A stretch of DNA of 63,748 nt, filler included, from Phoronis australis (lineage: Eukaryota; Animalia; Phoronida), in assembly GCA_002633005.1 (NCBI GenBank). It is 8 parts of 8 records of this genome, joined end to end, with 100 filler letters (N's around TTAATTAATTAA, not from the genome) between each part and the next. Parts side by side here need not be neighbours in the genome. Positions count along the whole stretch, not along the records: positions 34,604 to 58,469 come from NMRA01000136.1; positions 58,570 to 62,298 come from NMRA01002868.1; 6 more parts are not named here. One strand, written 5' to 3'. Below are positions 36,464-62,398 of this stretch, piece by piece (positions within the stretch are counted from its first letter, which is position 1; each line of letters opens with the position of its first letter). Under the pieces are notes generated by a model that saw nothing but the letters and a program-made list of their open reading frames with translations, was not told the origin of the DNA and searched no databases. Both the position numbers and the translations under genes were made by a program.

Positions 36464-39400
36464 TCACGCACATATCTAAATGATACGACTTCACGGTTGA
36501 TCTACATGTAATCTAAATAAGTAACGAGGGTTTCCCAAAATGCAGTTTCACAGGGTTGTATATTTCTTACTTTACAATAATTATACAATAAACATTGAAA
36601 TTGGGAATATCTAGGAATAATCTGGTCCCTAGATCATTTATGAATGAAATACTGACAAATAGTTAATATAGTATTAATATCTTCAAAATTACATCCAAAA
36701 TATGCTATCAAAATAACACTTTATCAAAGATTAAATCGTGTAGTGCAGTTACATAAATGAAAAGTTTATGAATTTCACACCTCAATGTTTTCTCAGTACA
36801 ACATTCCACAAACACAGGGTTAAAGGTTTTAACCAAAAGATGCATACTTGTCATCACTGACTAAATTCATCTTTTTCAAACTACATGTAAGTTTTGTAAA
36901 GACTTCTATGAATATAGAAATATATAAAGGTTTTAACATCTGGAGGTAACAAAAATTTGTGTGGAAAACCATAAATTTATTGAATTCGTTGTCTAGAGTA
37001 AATATTAGTTAAGCTGTAGTCTATATCAGGAGGCAAATCAATTTTGGAAAGTAAAATATTTCTAGAAAACACATTAGTAATTTAACTTGACTGGAGATTA
37101 TGCGTACAATTTGAGATCGAAGGCTCAGCTTTCAACTTAATCGCACGTCTCAAAGCAGCATAACGAATCCAATTTGAAAGCTTACAGGATGTATGTCTAT
37201 TTTTCAAAACCTTCCATGTCTTCGTCACTTAAATACGCTTAAAATAGTGTCAGTTTGTTAGTGGGATTTAGATCAACCAGCAAGCTTCTGACTTCGATGT
37301 TTGAGATTTGTGTTTGATTCCTCGCTGGTGCCTGTCTCAAAAAAGGTTTATCTCTCTGATGCTGTCACTCCAATAAATAACACCACTAATAAGAAAACCC
37401 ATAAAATATCCACTGTTTAATGCCTTTTGACCTTGTGTCATATACAAATCAATTACTTTTAACTCTTCCTGTTTTTAAAAACGCAAGGCGTGTTCTAAAT
37501 CCAATAGCCATCAGATGTCTAAATGCTGGTTGAATTCGCAGGAAGTTCATGCATTGGAAATGGTACCACCTGATCAAGTGTGGTCTTGAAAATACAAAAA
37601 TTGTCCGTAGATGGACTACGCAAATCGATACATGCCTTTGTGAACAACATATGTTTTGTCATTTACTTCAATGCGATTTCAACTACGAAAATTAAGGTTT
37701 GGATTTGCAAAATATGTCCCATTAAGTTTCTACCTGTAGCTGATCGTGTTCCAATCCTTATTTTCAGACACGTTACAAGTGTAGTTTTTCTATTCTCATC
37801 TTTACACATATTTTTTATTACTTACATTGCTACTTCATTATAAGTGACAAATTCCTTACATCTGTGGAAATGGAGCATGGTCTATATTCATCACACAAAA
37901 TTAGCACCCAACGAGCTGGAAAATAATTTCATTTCAACTTGTACACGAAACTCATGAATATCAAATCTCTATAAGTTTTGTTATCCGAACCAATCTCCAA
38001 GAATAGATACCAATCCAATAAAATGCCTGGTATTACAATTTCTTAGCGGCACACAACCGTTAAAATAAATGAAAAACTTCCTTGGACCTGTTAATGTCAC
38101 ATTTTAGAAAGGGCTCCGAAACTAAATGGACATCGAGCTCCATAAACAGAATTTATATTTGCTTTCATACTATCTTGCATTGGTGTTGCCGGCCACTCAG
38201 GATGGGGAGAGGCTTCATAGTTTCAGTAGACAAGTGCATTTTTTCGATTTTCTTTACCTGCATCTAAAAACTTGCCTGATGGTCGAGTGGTGCAGTCCCA
38301 CAGCTTACGCCGACGCTCTTGTCAGACCCGAGTTAAGTCAGTATGAAAAGACTTACAGAGCAGTTGTGAGCATGTGATAACATCTAGATCTTTTTGGTAT
38401 GATAACATGCAAGCCAATTATCTACCCGCCTTAATACCGACCCAATGTGAACACCGTCAAACCCAAACCGTCGAACAGATTAGGTTGTCTTAATATCTTC
38501 AGTTGTGGTTGGTCGATTTTGGTGATTGAAAGACTAAACATGATCAGCAATTGGCGAGAAATTCATCAATGTCAGTGGTTTATGGTCAAACATTTTATGA
38601 TATGACTTTTATTTTTAACAGCGCAGCCCAATCAGACTAGATATGATCTTAGCTGAGATTAGAGATAATATCAAACAAAAAACCGCTTACCCACTAACCT
38701 TAAATGCCAGAATGAAGTTAATCAGTCTTGTAACATATTGGCTACAGCAGTCATCTACCCAACTTGTTGCTGTGCTATGCAACCGAACAAGTTGGACTCA
38801 ACGAGACAACGCCGTAATGGGCTTTGAATTGTCCTCTTTGAAGTGTATTTCCGCTTTCTAGTTTTGATTTCCTATCCTTTGATTTCCATTTTCCTCTTTT
38901 TTGCTCTTGTTATCATTATTTTGATTTTTATGCTAAAACGTTATTTCAGTTAAGTTTTACAACACAAAAAATATTTCTACCACACAAGCCAATATGTGGA
39001 ACAATACGACACCTGGAAAAATTTCCTCTTCTTTATACATTGTCATTACAAGCCTTCATTTCATTAACATAATCAGTTTCTTACTTCTCACCCAGAGCTG
39101 TTTCTTAGTCTCATGTTTGCAAAATTGATAAACATGTGCGTAAAGACCTGCAAAACGCGGGATGTTTTGAACATGTGTTATTTATTTTCTAACGAATTTT
39201 GACAACATTTTTTCCATAAAAATGTAATTTTTATTTCTTTACCTTTAAAAATAGCGAACAATATTTAGCATAATTGCATGTTCAGTAAACGTGTCTGGAT
39301 TACCCTCTTCAAAATGCAACATCTCTACGAAACTACTGTTACTCTCCAGTTATCAAATGCCAGTAACTGTTCAAGCAAACACGTTACCAAATATCAGGCA

Positions 39401-39488
39401 CAAATCAATAAAAGCTTAAAGGCATGTATCGTGATATCATTTATTTTCGTATTCAAGTCAGTTACCTCTACACGTCACCATAATTCGT

Positions 39489-52226
<12,738 letters not shown>

Positions 52227-53234
52227 TCGGGTTAACACGGTGAAATGTTGTTGAATGTTCCTGTTACAGTGCCACTGGTCATTCGCCGAGAAGTGTTTTA
52301 TAGACGGCGACCCTTTTCACAAGATTATAAAAACCCTTGAAAAAGCAACCGTTATCGATCGGTGTCTCTACAACCAAACGGATGCAAAGCGTCCAGCTCG
52401 TGACTCACGACCGACGTACATTCAGCTAGCTCCAGTTAGGTAGCTACAGTTAGGTCCGGTAGGTCTAGGGCTGTGTCTAAGTCAAATTAATGTCTGGAAT
52501 TCAGTGGCGGATCTAGGATACCACAGGGGGCCCAACATATGTTGCCTCGTGGAATTGGGCAAAGTGCAATTGTATGTGCATAGGCGGCCCGAAAGTTGCA
52601 GGGGCCAGGGATGTAGACCTTTGGACTTCGGTTCAGAAAATCTATCGGTGGACTAACAAAAACAGGAACACAATTCCGCCTCGATCTGGGGTATGAGCCC
52701 CCCTCTTCCGCTACCAGTCCTAGTTACTGAACTCAATATTTCCTCACGCTTCACGCTTTTGCTTTTTCATTTTGCTTGCCTATGGAATTGTTCGTTTGCA
52801 CCATTAAGACATTTAAATTAGGATTACCTGCTTATGAACTTGACATTTTTTTTGTAGTTTCATTCCATAAAGGTAGCTTTCATTTAATTTTGAAGGTAGC
52901 ATGATCACTAAGTCGTGGTATGGTTACAAAAGTTTACATGACTGGTGTGGTAGTTGCAAAAATAGGGTATTAACAAAAATAACTCAAATTCTTTTTTAAA
53001 GCTTCATAAATCTAAATATCATGTTTGAACAATTTCAAAAAGAGCTCTCTCTAACTCTACAGACATAGTGTATACTAGAGGTACACGTCAAAAAGTAATT
53101 CAACAGTTTATTTGTAGAGACAACAGGTCGACCAAGGCTTTGAGTTCCGGCAGTTACCCATTGTCCTTCCCTGTGCCGATCGAATCTCTGAATTTTGACC
53201 GGGAGAGAAGTTCAGTTAAACGCCAGCCTACGGT

Positions 53235-53520
53235 TTATGAATATCATTTTTATGGAAATTATGTGTCTTATTTTTCGTAACGTATAAGTACAGTACAATG
53301 CGGTTTGTTGAACGTGCGATTATTGCGCGTGCTCATTTAAGTATTCTATTTTCACTCTTGATGGCGTCCGCCGCTGCATGGAGTAGTGGTAAAGTCGGCG
53401 ACCAGCAAATTTCAGGGTCCCGGATTCGACTCCGTCCTCGGTTTCCCGCCAAATCGTTATCTCACTAGCGAGATAACTTTATGGGTTATTACACGGTTGT
53501 ATCTGCCATTTGACGCTAAT
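53235..53520 (+). mobile_element. Second copy of the tRNA-like-cassette element
   Basis: Aligns with ~16870-17110 (GTAGTGGTAAAGTCGGCGAC..CTCGGTTTCCCGCCAAA..TTATTACACGGTTGTAT); its left arm is the inverse of ~17110-17200. Confidence 0.7.
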
Positions 53521-56456
53521 ATTGTGGTATTACACCATATTACACGAAAAGACCTAGTGCAATTAGATTTTAAGGACCTGACCCACCATGGCCTATCTTC
53601 CACGGTTGCTTGATATCGGCAGTTTTTTATTTGCTAAATTCAATCTTGTGATTTAATTCTTCATTCAATGACAGAATACAAGTTTTGTTCACTGTCTCTT
53701 TTTGTTCCCCATTTAGCACACACTGGTCCTACCGCCACAGGATCGTTACAACATTGAAAATTGCCTTCATCACCCCGCATTCAAAACGGAGCAGCTACTC
53801 AGCAGGAATAAAGTGCCGGTGAAAATGATTGACAGTCAACTTTCCAAGAGTCGAAAGAACGATGTCAATGATCAAGTTAATAGGCATAATAGTTCAGGTC
53901 AACACGGTCCAGAATATTATGAAACATTACTCAAATGGAACCAGTTGATGACTGCCAATGATCAAGTTAATAGGTATGAAAGTTCAGATCAAAAGGATGG
54001 AGATCATTTGTGAAATATTACCAATTAATGATTGTCAAACTAATGTGGACCGCGTTTAAAAGCAGGGTTCCACCATAAATATTTTTTTTTTGCTAAAACG
54101 CATACCCTATTGATATTGGTATCGGGTCAGTTGTTGCCCAGTCAAATTGGAAGTGATCTCTTTGCTTTGTAACAACTGGCAGATTGTTATTGCTCGACAT
54201 CAAGCTTTAGAGGTTGGCTTTATTATTTATCATGACATATCAGTTAATGCTGCCAGCTCTTTTGTAAGCGCCAAAAGTCACTTCTCAACTTACTGATGAT
54301 CAAGTTGAGGCCTCTTTTATAGTTGCAAGTGGTTTAAATGAAATGCTAACTTCACCGACGGAGTGCAATTTCATAGCCTCTTTAATTTTGGATACACATC
54401 AAAGTATATCTGACTTTTTTCTTAAAAGTCGACGGTTTTATCACACCGAAGTTTGTTCTCATTCATAAATTATAAAATGCATTCAAAAATGGCAGAAAAT
54501 GTTACTGGTTCCATGACCGAACACTACATGGAGTGCTAGTTGTTACTTATTCCATCAACGCACTCTGCACATAGAATGACTCTCAGACTCTCAATCACCT
54601 TCTTCAAAAGGTGATAAAAGAACATAAGGGGAAGGAATGTAATGTGAGAATTCCCCAGCACTATCACCGTGGTGAAGAGACTGTAGGAGGAGACTCAAAG
54701 TCGCTGCGGAAGCTGGATTCAACCAAATATCGCCAAATGGAGAGGAATCTAACACGGCTCTGGAACCCAGTACATGTAGTCCACGATCATCGGTTGACAA
54801 GACTTGTAGTTACTATCCCAACAAGTTAATATTGCCATTTTCCATGTTATTGAGCATCTACTTGCCATTACATCAACATTTTTGCCTTAGTTGAAACATT
54901 GCAAGTTTTTGTATGGGCTGTATTATGCTGATGAAGTTTTTGTATTTCGAAGTTGCCATTCATAACGCTAAATAGTCGTGAAAGACCGTCCGAAGTTGGT
55001 ATACGGTGCAACTCCGGACGGTCTGGGGTCAACAGAAAACCAGAGTTTAGCTGTGAGTCTACATCAATGTGATAAACGAGAGTAGTTCTACTTGGTGCGT
55101 CAGCTGCAGGTATGCCTATCTGTTTTATGACACACAATGTGTGACTGGGAAAAGCGTCTGCAAAATAATCTGGATAAATCAGTGGAGTGTGAGACCCCTG
55201 AGGTCCATGTCAAGTCCTCACGACAATTCTATGTTATGCATGATGTGTGTGGGAGGGAAGTAGGAATATAAAACATTCTGATATATTGCATATTTTCATG
55301 GGAATTTTTGAATGCTCAAATTTGTCATTTGATTTCAGGTAAGTGTGTTTGGTACTGTTTACTGCCAAATATTCATTTTGACATGTTTTTGAGAAAGGTA
55401 AAACAGTGCCTGGGGGTCATAATGCTCAGTGTTGTTTCGTCAGACAGGTATGGGTGCAATCATGTCAGTCTTATCGGTTTTATCAAATTTTGGTGTTCTC
55501 TGTAAATGGAATGTGTGCAGTCTTCGAATTGTATTTTGGATTGTTTTTCTTATTTTTTATCTCTAGAGCTTTGAAAAAGCGACGCATTCTGGACTTCATA
55601 AATTCGTTCAACGGGTTTTGGACGAAAAAGTTTGGCACCGCTGAAACAGGTTGAAAACAGATTTCCCGATGCCAAGGTACTGCCATTGATATCTCGCACT
55701 AATTTTTAAGAATTAATCAATCTCACAATTATGAAGGAAAGTAGAAGAAATTTACGAACATTGAGTTGGAAGAAACTGCACACGGGCTTAGTCAAAGATG
55801 CTGTCAAATTTGTGCAAATTATAACGACTATAAATATTGCTAATCGGAGACGAATTGGAATCTGAATTTCCTAGTAATTTTGCTCATGTTAAATGGGATT
55901 AAATACTGTTACTTCTACATTGTGGCAATGGTGACTGGTATGTGTTTTCTAGTACCATGTTCATCTGAGCAATGTTAACTTGGTGACTGGCTCCTTTTTG
56001 CAGTACAAGACAAAACTAAGCGGATGAAATGCCGTTCCCCTGTCATGATGACAGCTCATTCTGTTAAGAGATAAATGACTGGTAATAACTGTTGGGACAG
56101 AGCATTCTAATTACAAAGTTTAATGGCTAAACCACCTAACTAATTTCCCTGTTAATTCGCCTTCATTCTCAGTCACAAGGGAAGACTACCCTGACTATGA
56201 AATTGGCTTCTTGTCAGCTTTTGGGGAAATCTGGGTCATTTTGTTGGCTTGTACTGTGCTTGCACATTTGTGCTAAGCGTAATGAGACAGGACAGTTTCC
56301 CTTGTTATGATGGCTGCGTACTGATGTGTCATGACTCATTATTTCAGTGCTCCTGTCCCCTGACCTCACTTTCACCTGTTGCTCAGTGAAGGGGAGATTT
56401 GGGTCCTTTTGTCAGAAATGTTTTCGTTTTTGAAGTATTGTGTTGAATTAAATTGT

Positions 56457-56590
56457 ACTCGCTAAAAAGCAAGACTTCGCGAGATTACGTGAGATATTGC
56501 CGTGCATTTTAAACGAGAACACGTGACTTTGACTAGGTTTTAGCTAGGTCCTAGCGTAGGTCCTAGCGTCTACTGAACGCACGCCAGGGT
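56457..56590 (-). mobile_element. Third copy of the 20710/24981 MITE family
   Basis: CTCGCTAAAAAGCAAGACTT..GAGATTACGTGAGATATTGC..GGTCCTAGCGTAGGTCCTAGCGT is the reverse complement of the 24981 copy. Confidence 0.7.
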
Positions 56591-57077
56591 TACGTTTCTT
56601 CTAATAAATTCTTTATAAAATGCTTTCTACACGAACCAGGTCATCTGGTCGTATTGTTGACGAGTTGAAGATATATTCGACAGTGGTGGCTCATAGCATT
56701 TTGCTGTCATGTGCAATTATTCTGGTTTAATTTGTTGATCAAGAATAGGCCTATTAGCTTCAAGCATAGCCTAGGTCCTGGTGAGGTAGGCACTACCGAG
56801 ACTAACATTTGATTTGTCATTGAGCTGAAATAATACTTGATGTTCTTAAATATACATTTTGATTACGATAAAAAACTAGGCTCGCAATTGAAAATAAAAA
56901 TTATATGACCATCAATTCTGCTTTCTTGGTTTTAATAATTACGTCTGTTTCATGTGTTATATTTTTCAAATATCAATCTCAACCAAGTTGAATTTTAAAA
57001 TTAAAACACCTATATAATTCTTTCGTCCAAAGCGTAACCTCGTTTTAGAGCTCAATTTCAGTTAACTGTACAGAACA

Positions 57078-57235
57078 CAGTGGCGGATTTACAGGGGAGC
57101 CAAGGGGCTATGCCCCAGCCCCCCTAAAATTCTCCCAGATTCCAATTGGCAGTTCAGGAGCGCGAATTTCTGACGGGCAAAATCCTGGCTAATACTCTGC
57201 CTTGCCCCCCCACTCAAAGGCCTGGATCCCCCCTG
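57078..57235 (+). mobile_element. MITE with 5-bp TSD
   Basis: GAACA|CAGTGGCGGAT ... GGATCCCCCCTG|GAACA. Confidence 0.8.
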
Positions 57236-58719
57236 GAACAAGCATGGTTATCATGTTTCTTCAGAGGCCTCGATCACAACCGAGGGGAAAGGTGCCTCAT
57301 GTGTGTGCGGCCTTCTGAGAGGGGAACGTTTCGCCGAGTGACGNNNNNNNNNNNNNNNNNNNNNNNNNNNNNNNNNNNNNNNNNNNNNNNNNNNNNNNNN
57401 NNNNNNNNNNNNNNNNNNNNNNNNNNNNNNNNNNNNNNNNNNNNNNNNNNNNNNNNNNNNNNNNNNNNNNNNNNNNNNNNNNNNNNNNNNNNNNNNNNNC
57501 CGCCTATGATTTTGTACTTTTTCAAATTGTCTCCTCTGTTGTCACAGGTGATTTGAACCGTTGGAGAGAAATTTTCAATCACAAAGGGATTTTAGGCCTC
57601 GTGGCCGGGAATTTCGCGTGATTTTTCAATAATTTTGAGAGGGAATAGGGCCGATATTTGGCCCCAAAATTGAGGGATTGAGGGCCCTGTCCTTTTTGTA
57701 AAGAAAAATGCATCGTGCTTCAACCCACAGTTATGAAAACACAGCCTGGCTGGCCAAAGATTCTCGGTCCTCGTTGCTATGGCGGCATCCTGTCCGAGAT
57801 GCGACAAATTATGATTCGAAAACAGTTATAAATTTTACACGAACATATTTTCCTTCGTCGCAGTGTATGGCAAGGACCCAACGCTTCCGAATCCCAACGT
57901 CCTTAGGGTTAGTAAAACAGAGTGTCCATATTTTTTCTTACTGTTCGAGCAACGCGGAGTACAACTACGCGGATAAGCCACCAGAGCTATCGTAGCGTGC
58001 CACGTTTTGGAACGCGCCTCCTGTCGGCGTGAATAGGGTCTATACATGTAGGCACCTGACGTTTCAAATTGGAAGCTCGCGCCGTATGACGTCGTATGAC
58101 GTAGCGATGCGAGCCTCATTTGCATATGTTAGTGACATCTGTTGGTTTAAAAAAGAGGCTCATGTCCTAGTACATGCCTGGGAAGAAGCATCTTTTGGAA
58201 GGGTAAACATGTCACGTTCAAAGCATCCCAGTGCCAATAATATGCAGTCTTTGAGGACCAAAGTGGTGTCATTTTATAGCTAAAGAGTTAATTTTTCAAA
58301 AATAATGCTTGGATTTCAGATAACTTGAACATTTAATTTTGAAATCACGTTTGAAATCACGTTAAAATGCGCTAAAACAGTTGTCCCTTCCTGGTTATCT
58401 CTTCCTGATAATATGTAGTTCATAAATGCTGCACTCTTGTTTGTCCATGGTGCGTTGTTCGTTTTACTCNNNNNNNNNNNNNNNNNNNNNNNNNNNNNNN
58501 NNNNNNNNNNNNNTTAATTAATTAANNNNNNNNNNNNNNNNNNNNNNNNNNNNNNNNNNNNNNNNNNNNCCCACCGGACTGTTTAATTCACCTCCCTCCC
58601 GCAACATGTTAGCAAATCATTAAAGTAATCAAACCAACAAGTTGTTCTTTTGACCACATAAGATAGATTGGCGATAATAACAGCCATAGTAAGAACTACG
58701 TAATGCCAATGCTACATAC

Positions 58720-61667
58720 TTGGTTCATTGTTCCATGAATGACCAGGCACCATGGTTTTAAGCTTAGGAGCCGTGGATGCATCAATGGGTTCAGCATTAG
58801 GGTTGGTGTACAGCAGGAGTAGTGGCTGGTAGCGCCCTCTGCAGATCTTGTCAGCTACCTTCTGCCACTGGGGTCCAACCTTGGACAAAAAACATTACGT
58901 TGAAATATGAAACTCAAATATCAAAGTTAACATTACAGGGATAATTTTAGGAGCACGCCCTGCATACTAGGCACAAAAATAATTTCATTGTCGCAATATG
59001 ATTACTTAACTTGGGACAAGGGGCTATTAAAATTAGAAGAAAAAAGGACAAAAAACAACAACAAAAAAAAACTACTATGGCCCATAGTCCTCCGAATTAG
59101 TTCACGGCCCGCGAGATCCTGTGGGTCAATTCACCCATACTGTTATTCTAAACTGATGCCCGTATTGATATTGTAATAGCTGTGAAAGGTATATTTGTAG
59201 GAAAAGTCAGAAGAGTCTCACCTCCTTGACAGTAGCATCATCAAAATACACCCATAGCCGAGCCTTGGAGTTGTAGAAGAAGGTTGAGTAGTGCTTCCCA
59301 TAGTAGCAGACGACACCTACCAGCTGAAGGTCACATGCGCGACTGGGATCAATTGAATGGTACAACTGGAACAAGATAACAAGTCACATGACAACACACT
59401 CTTGAAAAACAGCTTACATCATTTATACTTACTACCCATGGATACTATTGCACTAAAACATAAAGCTTGAAGCCTTTAACTAAGATAGTCTCTTAGCAAC
59501 AAATGCTGTGCGTCACAGAATCCTACAAAGAACAGTGAAAAGGCACTACGCCAAAGCTAACACATTTCCCTCAAAAGATGGCACTGCCAACAGAAATGAA
59601 TGTAAAAACTTAGTATCATTATCGTCTGTTTTACTTACATCAGGGAGATAAAGTGTAGTGCCAATGCTGCGGACAACATTCTGTATATGTTGAATGTCAG
59701 ACTTCTCTGAATCCCACACTAAACCAATGCTGACTGTAAAAAAGCAACAACTCATTACAACTAGCCATTCAGTGACTCGCTTTTCACTTACAGATCTCTT
59801 AAGCACAAGCATCAAGGGAATCTGTTACATATCATTAGCTGAAGTTATATGACACTTTACATAACCAACTTCTAAATTCAAGTAGTCTTCTTTAGTTCCT
59901 TCCTGACATAAAGGTGAATACCCAGTACTGACAAAGCAGGGCCAAAAGGACAAGACAGTAACTTTGCAACAGTTCCTGGGAGACCCAAAAGTATTCGCAA
60001 AATGAAATAATTTTACCACTTTCAACAATCATCTCAACTATACATACCAACATCAGGTGCATTCGTCAAAGTTCTTGAAGCTTTCACCCTTCTTCCACAC
60101 TTGCTCTGTAAAGTCACACAATCGTTAACAGATATAAAAATATGCATGTGTAGAGCCTGGCAATCTAACATCAATTGCCATCATCTCCACTTGAACAACA
60201 AATGTCTTGGTCACAATAATAATCCAACTTTCAAAACTTTCAGATGCAACTGTAGCACAAAAAAATCACAAGTTACGAAACTTTGAAATCATCTTAAACA
60301 GTAAAAGTAAGGAAACGTTGAAATTTTACACCAAGAATTCATTCGATTTACCAAAAATGTTTTCAAAGAATTTGTAGAACCACTATAGTGATGTTCAGGA
60401 AGGTCCAGAACACACAATTTGGCAATTTGTCCAATTAAGTGGACTTAAGGTACAAAGTATTCCTTGCTGTAAATGTACTTAAAGTACAAGGTACTCCTTG
60501 ACCTGAAAAGCCAGCCTTACCGGGCACTCTTTGTCCATCTCACCCCGGGCGCCAGCATTACACAGTAGTTGACCAAAATAGCATGGGGAAGGCTGCTGCA
60601 AGGCATACGTAGCTTCAGCCCTAGAACAACAAGACAACACATTGCATGACTACACAATAAGCTGATTAAGCAAAAACACTAGCTAAAAGATTACTTCTAT
60701 GCAATGCAGTGCGACTTAACACGTCATGTTAGCTATCCACAAACTGGGATCAAAACTTGACACTTTACACAAATACCATTATTATATATCTAATAGATTG
60801 TAAATAAACATTAGCACAAACATGTCCATTTCCAGTCGGCGTCTTCGTGTCGGGAAAAAAGGCTCTGCTACGCGACGTAGCCACTGAAGCTGAACAGGCA
60901 TCTTGTTGGATTTGGATGAAATACCAACAGCAACACCAACAACAACCGTCTGACAGAGCCTGATCAACTCTGTTGTCCCGCCTACTACAGATGGTCGCTC
61001 AAGTCTCCCACAGCCCATGTATACTATACTATACTATACTATTCTATACCATGGACACAACAGAATACCTAAACACTCTTACAATGACTGACAATGGCAT
61101 ATACTGAGCCATTAGTTTGTAAACAGTAAATGTCTGTTATGTCTGCTCAACATCTGCTCAATACAAAATAAGTCAATAAAAAATTGGTTAGTTACAACAT
61201 GTAACCGTGTGATTGTATAGGAGGTCCAGCTTGAAAGCAGTCGTCATGCTTTAACACGAATTACATAACCTTCTAAATACGATATCATTGTACTGGTGTT
61301 CAACTTGAAAACTTCTCGTAACCATCACTTGACTATTGTCATTTTGTAGAGAAAAATGTGCATTAAAATTGCTTGATCTACTCACACGAGGGCACTGGTG
61401 GACACAGAATGTACCAAGTGACTGAAGGGCAGACATGCATATACATACATACTAAATTACTTGATTTACTCACACAAGAGCACTGGTGGACACATAATGT
61501 ACCATCTGACTGAAGGGCAGTGGTTCAGAGGTGGCGCCACATGTACATCGATATTGTTCAACGATTGTCATAGCAAACTTCTGGTGTGGGATGCAGTGGC
61601 GAGCATTACACATGTCTTCCTTCTCGTTGCTGGCAATGTGGAAGTGAATCCGCACCAAGATGTTTTC
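58720..61667 (-). CDS. USP54: USP53/USP54-family deubiquitinase, six internal exons: 61667-61474, 60620-60521, 60105-60048, 59733-59639, 59365-59222, 58879-58720
   Basis: Phase-compatible GT-AG exons encode [105 protein letters not shown]. Gaps lie on both sides. Confidence 0.9.
61021..61045. repeat. (ATACT)n pentanucleotide microsatellite
   Basis: Direct reading. Confidence 0.85.
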
Positions 61668-62398
61668 CTAAAGTGACAGTTAGGCAATAAATTCCACCAT
61701 TGAGTACACACTAGGATTAGAAGTTTACTGCTGCTTTTTCTTCAGAGATGGTTCCACTGCACATCATTTGACTTTGGATCATATTAACAAAACCTATGGC
61801 TTCAGCAGAGCTCAAATTCTACAACATTTAAAGGATAATAGTGCAAGTTTATTGGGCCACTGCAGAATTCACAGTACACTTGATTCTCTTGGGAACATAA
61901 AATAGTAGACGTTTTTCCAGATGCCCAGTAGAAAAGAAAGCAGTTATTCCTGATCAGGGATAGAAAATGCTAGGTTGCAGTTGTTGTCTGTAACCATTAA
62001 AATTGGGCATATTTTCATATTATATCCTTCTTTTACTGGAAACAAGCTACCTCTGGCCTCAGTGATAACAAGTTTGGAACGTATTTTCAAGATTAAAACT
62101 TGAGGGCTTTTAATTCTTAACAAGTCAACTGTTTTCACTGTAACTGCTATTAATGAATGCCTCCCAGTGTGGCGCTTGAGGGACCAGGATATGTCAGAGC
62201 CACATGACTGATGCTAAGTAAAGACTGACTTTGATTACATTTCTGTCAGAGGGTTGACATTCTGAAATTTCATATTTCCATTAACAAAAGGTTAGCCTNN
62301 NNNNNNNNNNNNNNNNNNNNNNNNNNNNNNNNNNNNNNNNNNTTAATTAATTAANNNNNNNNNNNNNNNNNNNNNNNNNNNNNNNNNNNNNNNNNNNN

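Noticed and set aside
53813-55263. Short ORFs with a small internal repeat and Cys-rich stretches, possibly USP54 3' exons or a PHD-like relic
   Set aside because: Frames are interrupted by stops, with no convincing splice pattern or recognisable family motif
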